Shown piece after piece: positions 8,670 to 17,092 of a DNA stretch of 64,000 bases (positions within the stretch are counted from its first letter, which is position 1; every line of letters starts with the position of its first letter). Both the position numbers and the translations under genes were made by a program. Origin of the DNA: Candidatus Omnitrophota bacterium (lineage in GTDB: Bacteria > Omnitrophota > Gorgyraeia > 2-01-FULL-45-10); assembly GCA_903843285.1 (NCBI GenBank), contig CAIMPC010000062.1, forward strand, positions 8,895-72,894. The letters run 5' to 3'. Below the pieces are notes generated by a model, which did no database searches, was not told the origin of the DNA, and was given only the letters and a program-made list of their open reading frames with translations.

Positions 8670-9470
8670 CTATATAAGCTTCTCTTCGCGGAAGGCTTTG
8701 ATATACTCGGCGCAATACTCGTCGCTGGCCAGGAGGGCGTTTGAGGCGGCAAGGCTGGATCTCATATGCTTCTCCCCCGGGTCGATTATCGCAGAATCCA
8801 GACCCTCGCTCATTGCCATCGATAGAAATACGGAATTTATCAATCCTCTATTCGGAAGCCCATATGACACGTTTGATAGTCCGCAGATAGTATTAACCCC
8901 TCCGAGGCCCTTAATCATCCTTATGGACTTCAGATATTCTACGGCCTGAGCCGGTTCGGTGGAGATCGGCCTGATAAGCGCATCTATGTAGAGATCTTCG
9001 ATGTTGAAACCTGCACTCTTAAGTCGTCCCACTATTTGTTCAGCGATCGCCAGACGATCACCTGCAGTTTCGGGCATACCTTTGTCATTCATAGTAAGGG
9101 CCACGAGTTTCGTATTATATTTTATCGCAAGCGGCAATATATTATTTATCCTCGAATCCTCGGCTGTTATGGAATTAATAAACAGCTTTCCTTTACCCTT
9201 ATAAACCTTCAAGCCCTTTTCTATCGCGAGATAGTTTGGACTGTCTATGCATAAATTTATATCCGGGATCTCGCTCTGGATAACACTGATAACCCAATCC
9301 ATATCCTGAAGCTCATCGCCGGATGTGACAGCACAATTAACATCTATATACTCGGCTCCCGCGCCGATCTGCTCCTTAACCTCTTTTAGGATATGCGCGG
9401 CATTCCTCTGGCTTATGGCTTCACGGATCTTAAGCCTTGTGGAATTTATCCTCTCACCTATTATAAGCAT
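8670..9470 (-). CDS. acsE: methyltetrahydrofolate:corrinoid Fe-S protein methyltransferase, paralog 1
   Basis: Pterin-binding fold signatures MLIIGERINS, GAEYIDVN, LCIDS, INSI, CGLSNVSYGLP, GLDSAIIDP. Confidence 0.88.
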   Translation of the reverse strand: MLIIGERINSTRLKIREAISQRNAAHILKEVKEQIGAGAEYIDVNCAVTSGDELQDMDWVISVIQSEIPDINLCIDSPNYLAIEKGLKVYKGKGKLFINSITAEDSRINNILPLAIKYNTKLVALTMNDKGMPETAGDRLAIAEQIVGRLKSAGFNIEDLYIDALIRPISTEPAQAVEYLKSIRMIKGLGGVNTICGLSNVSYGLPNRGLINSVFLSMAMSEGLDSAIIDPGEKHMRSSLAASNALLASDEYCAEYIKAFREEKLI

Positions 9471-10409
9471 CTATCCGGAAACCTTTCTCTTCTGATAATT
9501 ACGCTCTATCGTCTTAACGAGATTGGTAAGTACTTCGTTGACCGGCGTCGGAATATTAAGCGCCTTCGCCTGCCTTACTATCGCGCCGTTAATGAATTCT
9601 ATCTCCGTCCTATTCTTATTCAATACGTCCTGCAGCATGCTCGATATATTAGCTGAGGTAGCCCTGCAGACAGACTCGACTTTTTGTATCGGATCATCAT
9701 ATGAAAGTTTTATGCGCTTACGTTTAACCACCTTCACAGACTCCTGGACCGCGCTTCTAAGCACATGCCTGCATTCCTCATCCTCTATTATCGCGCCATT
9801 ACTTAAACCCGTTATAGCCGTGATCGCATTTATACCGGCATTGACTATAAGTTTACTCCATATGACGGAGTCGATATCCCTGGAGACCTTAGTCTCCATG
9901 CCCGCCTTTGTTAGAATGGCCGCAACATCGCGTATGGCGCCCAGGACTCTGCCATCGGCCTTCCCTATCACCGTCTCGCCTTTACCCGCATGGCGCACAT
10001 GTCCAACCCCTAGTAGCGTGGAGCCATGATTAGTAACTCCGGCTATGACCCTGTCAGCTCCAAACTGATCATTAAGTATCTGGACATTCCCCAGGCCATT
10101 CTGCAATGTCAGTATGCTGGTCTTATCCGTTACGATATCTTTTATCTCTTTACAGGCATCTTCCGTCGAATAACTTTTTACGCAAATTATCACGAGATCG
10201 CATGCGCCGATATCCCTGGCATTTGCCGTGGCATTGATCTTTACATTCAATGTAGCATTCAACCCTTCGACTTTTATACCGTCGCTCGAAATTTTCTTAG
10301 CCCTGTCGGAAAATTCGTCCAGAAGCCAGACATCTTCTTTTGCCTTACTCTTCAATAAAGCAGATACGAGGCAGCCTAACGCACCCGGACCTACTACCGC
10401 TATCTTCAT
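9471..10409 (-). CDS. panE: 2-dehydropantoate 2-reductase
   Basis: GPGALG, CVKSY, TLQNGLG, WSKLIVNAGIN, SSMLQD, TEIEFINGAIV. Confidence 0.94.
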   Translation of the reverse strand: MKIAVVGPGALGCLVSALLKSKAKEDVWLLDEFSDRAKKISSDGIKVEGLNATLNVKINATANARDIGACDLVIICVKSYSTEDACKEIKDIVTDKTSILTLQNGLGNVQILNDQFGADRVIAGVTNHGSTLLGVGHVRHAGKGETVIGKADGRVLGAIRDVAAILTKAGMETKVSRDIDSVIWSKLIVNAGINAITAITGLSNGAIIEDEECRHVLRSAVQESVKVVKRKRIKLSYDDPIQKVESVCRATSANISSMLQDVLNKNRTEIEFINGAIVRQAKALNIPTPVNEVLTNLVKTIERNYQKRKVSG

Positions 10410-10454
10410 AGGCACACCTCTTATTGGCTTGTAATATATATAAAACGGACTTCT

Positions 10455-10513
10455 AGATTCTTCGTTGGGCTAAAGCCATCCTCAGAATGACATGCACTTC
10501 TATAGCTAAGCTA
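10455..10513. repeat. GTCAT-type palindromic extragenic repeat (single unit plus conserved flank)
   Basis: AGATTCTTCGTTGGGCTAAAGCCATCCTCAGAATGAC matches copies at ~24503, ~40821 and ~60357 (inverted). Confidence 0.85.
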
Positions 10514-10517
10514 TTAC

Positions 10518-11360
10518 CTATTTCTTCTTAAGTTTTTTCAGCTCTTCATCTTTTATCGTAAAGGTATGCTCCGGAGCTGGAAATTTACCGCTCTCGACAT
10601 CCGATATATATTTTTCAATCGCATCTTTCGCCAGGGATGATACGTTAAGATACTGCTTAACAAACTTAGGAACAAACTTATCGAACAAACCGAGCATATC
10701 GTAAGTAACGAGCACCTGACCGTCACAGTAAGGCCCCGCGCCGCAGCTTATAGTTGGTATCTTTAATCTTTCCGTTATTATCTTGGCCACCTTATCCGGA
10801 ACGCATTCGAGCACAATCGCGAAACAACCTGCGCTCTCGAGCCGCAGTGCCTGATCGAGGATCTTTAACGCAGACTCCCGGTCCTTACCCTGGACTTTGT
10901 ACCCGCCAAGTTTGGATACGGTCTGGGGGGTCAGCCCTAAATGTCCCAATACCGGAATTCCAGCATCTACTATCGCGCGCGTAGCTCCTATCACCTCATC
11001 GCCACCCTCGAGCTTCACGGCATCGCATCCTGCCTCTTTCAAAAAACGTCCGGCATTGCGCACAGCTTCTTCTTTAGAAACCTGGTATGACATGAACGGC
11101 ATATCGCCGATCAGAAAGGACGATCTGGTGCCGCGCCTGACGGCTTTCGAGTGATGTATCATCTCATCCATGGTCACAGGCACCGTAGAATCATATCCGA
11201 GCACAACCATCCCGAGTGAATCGCCCACCAAGATCACATCAATCCCGGCATCATCGACTATACGCGCCATCGGATAATCATACGCGGTCAGCATGGTGAT
11301 CTTCTTACCCTCGCGCTTTTTAGCGCGCAAATCACCGATCATAATCTTCTTTCGCTCCAT
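10518..11360 (-). CDS. panB: 3-methyl-2-oxobutanoate hydroxymethyltransferase
   Basis: MLTAYD, LVGDSLG, GDMPF, VKLEGG, GHLGLTPQ, DGQVLV. Confidence 0.97.
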   Translation of the reverse strand: MERKKIMIGDLRAKKREGKKITMLTAYDYPMARIVDDAGIDVILVGDSLGMVVLGYDSTVPVTMDEMIHHSKAVRRGTRSSFLIGDMPFMSYQVSKEEAVRNAGRFLKEAGCDAVKLEGGDEVIGATRAIVDAGIPVLGHLGLTPQTVSKLGGYKVQGKDRESALKILDQALRLESAGCFAIVLECVPDKVAKIITERLKIPTISCGAGPYCDGQVLVTYDMLGLFDKFVPKFVKQYLNVSSLAKDAIEKYISDVESGKFPAPEHTFTIKDEELKKLKKK

Positions 11361-11369
11361 ATATCTCCC

Positions 11370-12161
11370 TTACCTCTTCCTGTATGCGTCGAGAAACGAA
11401 TCGCAATAGATGTTTTTGTTCAATATGAGATCCGCCGTAATCATCGCATCCATTAATTCCTGGTCCAGCGGATCGAGGATCGCGGATGTCAGGCCGCAAG
11501 CCATCGCCATCGTCAGAAAAGTCCTGTTCAACAAGCCGCGATTGCCTTTTGTGCCCTGAGAAACGTTCGAAAGTCCGATCACGGTATTCGGCGCAGGATT
11601 ACAAAGCATCCTGAGTTCGCGTATCGTCTCGAGAACCTCTTTCCCCTGAGCCTGAGCCACATTGACCGGCATTGCTATGGGATCGAGATATAGGTCATCC
11701 GGACTTATTCCGAATTCCATGGCCTTGGCAATAATCTTTGCGGCAAGTTCCAGCCTATTATCCTTTGAATTAGGAACGCCGGACTTGTCCATAGCGACGC
11801 CGATCACCTGAGCATTATATTTCTTAGCGAGCCGAAAGACGACCGACATCTTATCGTCATCGGCGCTGGTCGAATTTATAACGACACGATTGACCGATAC
11901 CTTCAGGGCTTCCTCTATAACATCGGTCTTCGTCGAATCTATAGATAGCGCAACGGTAACAACCTTCTGGATGCTCTCGACCAGCCATTTCATATCATCC
12001 ACAGGTTTAGAGGAATATGGCCCTGCGCTTATATCGAGAATATTCGCTCCGGCTCTCACCTGCTCTTCGGCTAAATGCTGAATGACATCTGTCTCTCTGT
12101 TAGATATGGCCTTGCTGACATCCTTATACATACCGTTAATAAGTTCGCCTATTATTATCAA
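11370..12161 (-). CDS. acsE: methyltetrahydrofolate:corrinoid Fe-S protein methyltransferase, paralog 2
   Basis: IIIGELINGMY, LSIDS, INST, LYLDP, IGLSNVSQG, ILNKNIYCDSFL. TTG start 7 nt after GGAGG; directly downstream of acsD. Confidence 0.9.
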   Translation of the reverse strand: MIIIGELINGMYKDVSKAISNRETDVIQHLAEEQVRAGANILDISAGPYSSKPVDDMKWLVESIQKVVTVALSIDSTKTDVIEEALKVSVNRVVINSTSADDDKMSVVFRLAKKYNAQVIGVAMDKSGVPNSKDNRLELAAKIIAKAMEFGISPDDLYLDPIAMPVNVAQAQGKEVLETIRELRMLCNPAPNTVIGLSNVSQGTKGNRGLLNRTFLTMAMACGLTSAILDPLDQELMDAMITADLILNKNIYCDSFLDAYRKR

Positions 12162-12182
12162 TTTCAATCCTCCCGGGAATAA

Positions 12183-13106
12183 CTACTTAGTCATGATCCA
12201 ATCTATATATCTCCTGACAGATCTGGCTGCATCCGGATGACGCATCACTATCAAATCGGCCCCGGCCTGGAGAAGAGATGTCGATGTAACTACTTCCCAA
12301 TTAATGCCCTGAACACTGCCAAACTCTTTAGCCTCTTTGGTCTTCCATGTTTCTGCGCCGACGAATACTATAAATGGCATCGCCAGCATCTTGTCACCCA
12401 CAAAAGCCGCAAGGCGGCTTCTCTCCATGATCGAATATACATACTCCATACCATATCCGAGCGACGTCGTGGTCGGATGCATCACTATACGCTTTGCATC
12501 GAACCCCATATCGCTTATAAGTATATTTACCTGCTTGGCGATATTGACATCTATCGGGGAGTCCGCTATTATCGAATGCCCGTCGGCAAGGCATGTGGCG
12601 GTCAACGTCTTATAATTATTCTGAGATGCGACGCCAAGCAGGCAATTCTCGCCCTTCAGCGCCTGGCTGACCTTAGGCATGATATCGTTATCACGCTCCT
12701 CATCTCCCGAACCCAACACTATCAAAGGAACGCCTGTCTTGCTGGCTATAGCCCTTAACACAACGAGAGCTTCATCGATCGGCCTGGAACCGTAATCGGG
12801 GTGCATGCTGGCAAGCCTGACGCATAGCGCCCGGGCCCCAAAATCTTCTACGCATGCCTTCGCCCATTTAACGGGATCTTTGACGACATTGCCATATGCA
12901 TTTATTATATGCTCCGACCAATCCTCCGGCGGACAATCCAATATCTCATATGCCACTACGGGAGGATTCGGCATCTCTCCTTCATCGAACAGAAATGGAA
13001 ATGTGCTCTGGCCGCCTATCTTAATAGACGGACATAGCGCCCCTTTCCCTATCTCCACCGTATTAATCGGGCCGCTATATTTTTCTTTAATAAGCTCTAC
13101 GGTCAT
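12183..13106 (-). CDS. acsD: corrinoid Fe-S protein small (delta) subunit
   Basis: KIGGQSTFPF, SPIDVNIAKQVN, LGYGMEY, GADLIVMRHP. Confidence 0.93.
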   Translation of the reverse strand: MTVELIKEKYSGPINTVEIGKGALCPSIKIGGQSTFPFLFDEGEMPNPPVVAYEILDCPPEDWSEHIINAYGNVVKDPVKWAKACVEDFGARALCVRLASMHPDYGSRPIDEALVVLRAIASKTGVPLIVLGSGDEERDNDIMPKVSQALKGENCLLGVASQNNYKTLTATCLADGHSIIADSPIDVNIAKQVNILISDMGFDAKRIVMHPTTTSLGYGMEYVYSIMERSRLAAFVGDKMLAMPFIVFVGAETWKTKEAKEFGSVQGINWEVVTSTSLLQAGADLIVMRHPDAARSVRRYIDWIMTK

Positions 13107-13108
13107 AT

Positions 13109-13861
13109 CTAATTCCCCATTACTTTCTGAAATATGCCTGCAATTTTGCCATTGATCACATCGTCGTCGAATCCCAATATCGGCTCTCCCGAAATATTTC
13201 GCTCCATGAGCGCCTGGCTATACGGCACATCTCCGGAGATCTCCATACCGGAACCATCGATCTCCGCTTTTAATGCCGACAGAGGCCCCAACACTCTATT
13301 TATCACTATATAAGCGCCGCCTATCCTTATCTTCAGCCTTTTCGCAAGGCCATATATCTTTTTGGCCGCGCGCACGCCCGTAATAGAGTAATCGCTTACA
13401 AGCAGAAGCTTCGTTATATCGCCCTCCGTACGGCGCGATATGTGCTCCATGCCGGCGGCATTATCTATCACGACGAAATCGTAGCTCTTAGTTATCCGCT
13501 CTATTATAGCTCTTAATAGGCTATTAACGTAGCAATAGCATCCGGGACCTTCGGGCGCACCCATAACCAGAAGGTCGAAATACTTAGTCTCGGTAATCGA
13601 CTCCTGAACCTTCATCTCTATAAATCTATCCTTAGTAATACCGGATGGTATTTTATCCATATTCTTCGAAATATCATCACAGATGCCCACTATGGTCTCC
13701 GGATCTTTTACTCCCAGCGCCTCGGCAAAACAAGAGTTAGGGTCGGCATCAATCGCAAGTATGGAGCACTTCTTTTGCTTAATAAGCTCGGCGACTATCA
13801 AGCCGGCTATCGTAGTCTTACCGGTCCCCCCTTTACCGTTAACGGCTATAACCGTACCGAT
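13109..13861 (-). CDS. cooC: CooC/AcsF nickel-insertion ATPase (apparent ATC start codon)
   Basis: IDADP, GPGCYC, DNAAGMEHISRR. The deviant Walker A (IAVNGKGGTGKTT) lies upstream of the track's TTG start and follows GGAGG-5nt-ATC at 13861. Confidence 0.88.
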   Translation of the reverse strand: MGTVIAVNGKGGTGKTTIAGLIVAELIKQKKCSILAIDADPNSCFAEALGVKDPETIVGICDDISKNMDKIPSGITKDRFIEMKVQESITETKYFDLLVMGAPEGPGCYCYVNSLLRAIIERITKSYDFVVIDNAAGMEHISRRTEGDITKLLLVSDYSITGVRAAKKIYGLAKRLKIRIGGAYIVINRVLGPLSALKAEIDGSGMEISGDVPYSQALMERNISGEPILGFDDDVINGKIAGIFQKVMGN

Positions 13862-15738
13862 GGGAACCTCCCGATATCCGTATGCGGAAAAAAGAGCGCG
13901 GCCATATATTCATCCATGTATCCCGCTTCCGAACTTAAATCCAGATAAGTAATGTTCCTATATATCTCGTTAGTCACATCCAGCGCATCGCGCGATCTCA
14001 CCGACATCCTTGCGCCTGCGAGCGATGAATTGCCGATAAATTCGTAAACATTCCGTCCGACATCGGGTAATAAGCCTATAAAAATCGAATTCTCGATATT
14101 CAGATAGTTGCCAAACCCGCCGGCAATGTATATCTTCTTAACTTCCGAAATATTCTTTCCCACCTTATTCAATATAGCGATAATGGCGCTATAAATGGCC
14201 GCCTTAGATCTTTTGATGTTTTCAATGTCATCATCCTGGATCACAATATCGCGTCCTATTCCGGTCTCGGGCGCAAACGCCACTACAAACTCATAATTAT
14301 TCTCGCTCTTACGGATCCTTCGCGATCCTGTATCACGATTTATCTTACCGTCTTTACTTATTGCGCCCCTTTTAAGCATCTGACAAAGCAGGTCGATATA
14401 TCCCGATCCGCAGATACCTTTGGGCGGACTTCCGGCAATGGTCTCAAACCTCACATCCATATTGGGGTCGATCGCGACCTTCTGTATTGCGCCGCTAACA
14501 GCCTTCATTCCGCACGATAGCCCGCTGCCCTCAAATGCCGGCCCCGCGCTTGCGGCAGAGCCCATCATCCATTCCCTGTTACCGAGGACAATCTCTCCAT
14601 TAGTCCCTATATCGATAAGCAGAGTAAGCTCCTCGTTCTCGGCAAGCCCGCAGGCCAATATCCCCGAAACTATATCACCTCCGATATACGTGCTTACACC
14701 GGGTATAAAAGTGGCTATGCCCTTAGGGCTTATATTAATTCCAACCTCTCTGGCATTCATGGTCGGGAATGCGCTTAGGGTGGGAACGTACGGCGCTTTA
14801 CGTATCTCTGCGGGGTCTATCTTAAGGAGCAGGTGCATCATAGTCATGTTGCCCGATGCAACCACAGCATAAACATTGCCCGCATTAATTTTACATAAAT
14901 TTATCAGGTCCTCAATTATTTCATTAATATTATCGAGTATAGCGCTATTCAGTTTTTCCATGCCTCCGGGCTCATCGGCGAAGACTATCCTGGTAATAAC
15001 GTCCGCGCCATAGACCGACTGTTTATTAAATGCTATCCTGGTGCCTAATATAGCGCCCGAAACCAGATCTATGAGCTGGCCTACGACCGTTGTGGTTCCT
15101 ATATCAAACGCAAATGCGAAGCTAATGGCCGTGGTATCGCCGGGTTCGAACGATAGTATCTCCATGGCCCCTTCCTTATACGCAATGACCGCCGTTACTT
15201 TAAAATCGCTTTCACGCAGAACCTCGCTTAAGTGTTTTAAGTTAGCGAGCCTCGTAGAAAGACGCAATCCGTTAACCCTGATCTTAAGGGCATCAATAAT
15301 GCGATCCATATCGCTGGTATTGTCATCGACCGTGGGCTTAGACAGCTCGAGATATATTTTATTTATTATGGGGACGGGCTTAAACAGTCCCTCTCTCTGA
15401 AGTATTACTCCTTTAGCAAAGTCCTCCGCCCAATGGCTCATGTGCTCATGCGTCGCTACAGATTCTTTGGGGATTTCCACGACCAGATCGCTTTCGACTA
15501 TCGTCTGGCACGCCAATACAATACCTTTTTCTCTGCCCGGTATATTAATAAATCGTGATGAGTCCGTCTTAATCTTTCCGCTCGTTATATTGACAAGGCA
15601 TTTTCCGCACGTGCCCTCACCTCCGCACGATGCGTTCAGAATAATGCCGGCCTTAGTTGCGGCGCTCAGGAGATCCGTTCCATGAGGCACAGCCACAGAT
15701 TTATCGTGGTCTGTGAACGTTATTTTAAATTCCTGCAT
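13846..15738 (-). CDS. acsV: reductive activator of corrinoid Fe-S protein (RACo/AcsV; 2Fe-2S plus ASKHA domains)
   Basis: CGGEGTCGKC...LACQ ferredoxin domain, DIGTTT, GADVITRI, DIGTNGE, AGPAFEG, GICGSG, FFPHTD. Confidence 0.92.
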   Translation of the reverse strand: MQEFKITFTDHDKSVAVPHGTDLLSAATKAGIILNASCGGEGTCGKCLVNITSGKIKTDSSRFINIPGREKGIVLACQTIVESDLVVEIPKESVATHEHMSHWAEDFAKGVILQREGLFKPVPIINKIYLELSKPTVDDNTSDMDRIIDALKIRVNGLRLSTRLANLKHLSEVLRESDFKVTAVIAYKEGAMEILSFEPGDTTAISFAFAFDIGTTTVVGQLIDLVSGAILGTRIAFNKQSVYGADVITRIVFADEPGGMEKLNSAILDNINEIIEDLINLCKINAGNVYAVVASGNMTMMHLLLKIDPAEIRKAPYVPTLSAFPTMNAREVGINISPKGIATFIPGVSTYIGGDIVSGILACGLAENEELTLLIDIGTNGEIVLGNREWMMGSAASAGPAFEGSGLSCGMKAVSGAIQKVAIDPNMDVRFETIAGSPPKGICGSGYIDLLCQMLKRGAISKDGKINRDTGSRRIRKSENNYEFVVAFAPETGIGRDIVIQDDDIENIKRSKAAIYSAIIAILNKVGKNISEVKKIYIAGGFGNYLNIENSIFIGLLPDVGRNVYEFIGNSSLAGARMSVRSRDALDVTNEIYRNITYLDLSSEAGYMDEYMAALFFPHTDIGRFPSVRL

Positions 15739-17076
15739 CTATTCCTTCCAGTTTCTTAGATAGTTTATTATGCCGGAAGCCTCTCTGGGCCCGACAGATA
15801 TCTTCCATCCGGAGATCTCCTCCAGCTTACCACTCATAACGGCTACATATCCCGGTATCGTCAACGTGCGATGCGCTACCATATCCTCGATACCGGACTT
15901 CTTCAGCACTTCAGTGATCTTCTCGGCCGTAAATTTGTCCGCAGCCCAGGCAGTAAGCACCGACATGCCTTCGGCATCACAGCATATTATGTATGACGGC
16001 ACTTTGCTCGATTCCACTTCGGAGGCCACCGTAAAGTATGTTATCGAGAAATTCGTAGTAACCAGGACGGGCGAATCTTTGGTGACCTTGCCAATCTTAT
16101 AAATGTTCGGCTCGACCTGAACCGGTTTCTGGGGATCCTGATAAATATCCTGCCGCGCAACCAGAAGCGGGAAAATAAATTCCTTATCCATATTCTTCAT
16201 GACCACGATGCCGGCATACTTCATCATATACGATACAGCTTCAGATAATTCCAGCTCCGGATCGGCGTTCTCTGTAAAAGCGATTATCGGATAACCCAGA
16301 GGCCTAAAATTCTTTTTAAGCGCAAGACGCCTCATGTAGGTATAATCCTGGATGCGCCCTGATAAGCCGGTTGACTTTAGATTTATCAGAATATCCTCCA
16401 CTCCGCCGGCCCTGGCTTTAGAAACTGCCTCGGCCGCCTCATCTATGCCAGAGCAGGTAATGGCGAGCGGCAGTTTATTCTCGCGGGCTAAACTTATAAA
16501 ATTGTCCGGGAAGGTCCTATCTCCGCAGATTATAAGAGGCCTCTTATCTTTGCACATCTTCACAGCTTCCTGCATGGATTCAGCATCACGGCTGTAGAGA
16601 GCAATGGCTACTTTGGATGCGGCCTCTACGGCGCTGACAGCCATCATGAATTTATTGCGATAACCCGAGGAATTTTTAACACATATGAGATTGGCGCCTA
16701 TCGTCTGGCCCACCCGCTCAAATTTCAGATTATTTATCTTCGAGACTGCCGCGCTGATCTCTTCCTCGCTCATGGAATCTTCGATGAGAATTCCTATGGC
16801 GGTCGGATTATGGAACTTCTGCTCATGCCGGAACATTACCGTCTCGTTACCTACCTCAAACTTAGCATCGCCTGTGCCTATGGATACCAGCCTGATTGGC
16901 GGCTGGGCGGCTGACTCCAGGGCGTCTTTGGCCTGCGCGGTAATGTGCGGACACTTATCGAGCGGGATCTTCTTCTGGGCAAGAGCCATAGCCATAGCAA
17001 GGCATGTGGCAAAACCGCAATCTTTGCAATTAGTTTTCGGTAAAAGTTTATATATATCTAATCCTGTCAGTGCCAT
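15739..17076 (-). CDS. acsC: corrinoid Fe-S protein large (gamma) subunit
   Basis: LPKTNCKDCGFATCLAMA...CP 4Fe-4S motif, FRHE, IYQDPQKP, TTNFSITYF, GMSVLTAWAA, VGPREAS. Confidence 0.96.
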   Translation of the reverse strand: MALTGLDIYKLLPKTNCKDCGFATCLAMAMALAQKKIPLDKCPHITAQAKDALESAAQPPIRLVSIGTGDAKFEVGNETVMFRHEQKFHNPTAIGILIEDSMSEEEISAAVSKINNLKFERVGQTIGANLICVKNSSGYRNKFMMAVSAVEAASKVAIALYSRDAESMQEAVKMCKDKRPLIICGDRTFPDNFISLARENKLPLAITCSGIDEAAEAVSKARAGGVEDILINLKSTGLSGRIQDYTYMRRLALKKNFRPLGYPIIAFTENADPELELSEAVSYMMKYAGIVVMKNMDKEFIFPLLVARQDIYQDPQKPVQVEPNIYKIGKVTKDSPVLVTTNFSITYFTVASEVESSKVPSYIICCDAEGMSVLTAWAADKFTAEKITEVLKKSGIEDMVAHRTLTIPGYVAVMSGKLEEISGWKISVGPREASGIINYLRNWKE

Positions 17077-17092
17077 ATTATCTCTATATCTC

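Noticed and set aside
13880-13895. Programmed -1 frameshift fusing acsV to cooC at a T run
   Set aside because: CTC TTT TTT is not an in-frame X XXY YYZ heptamer, and the GGAGG-ATC start explains cooC more simply
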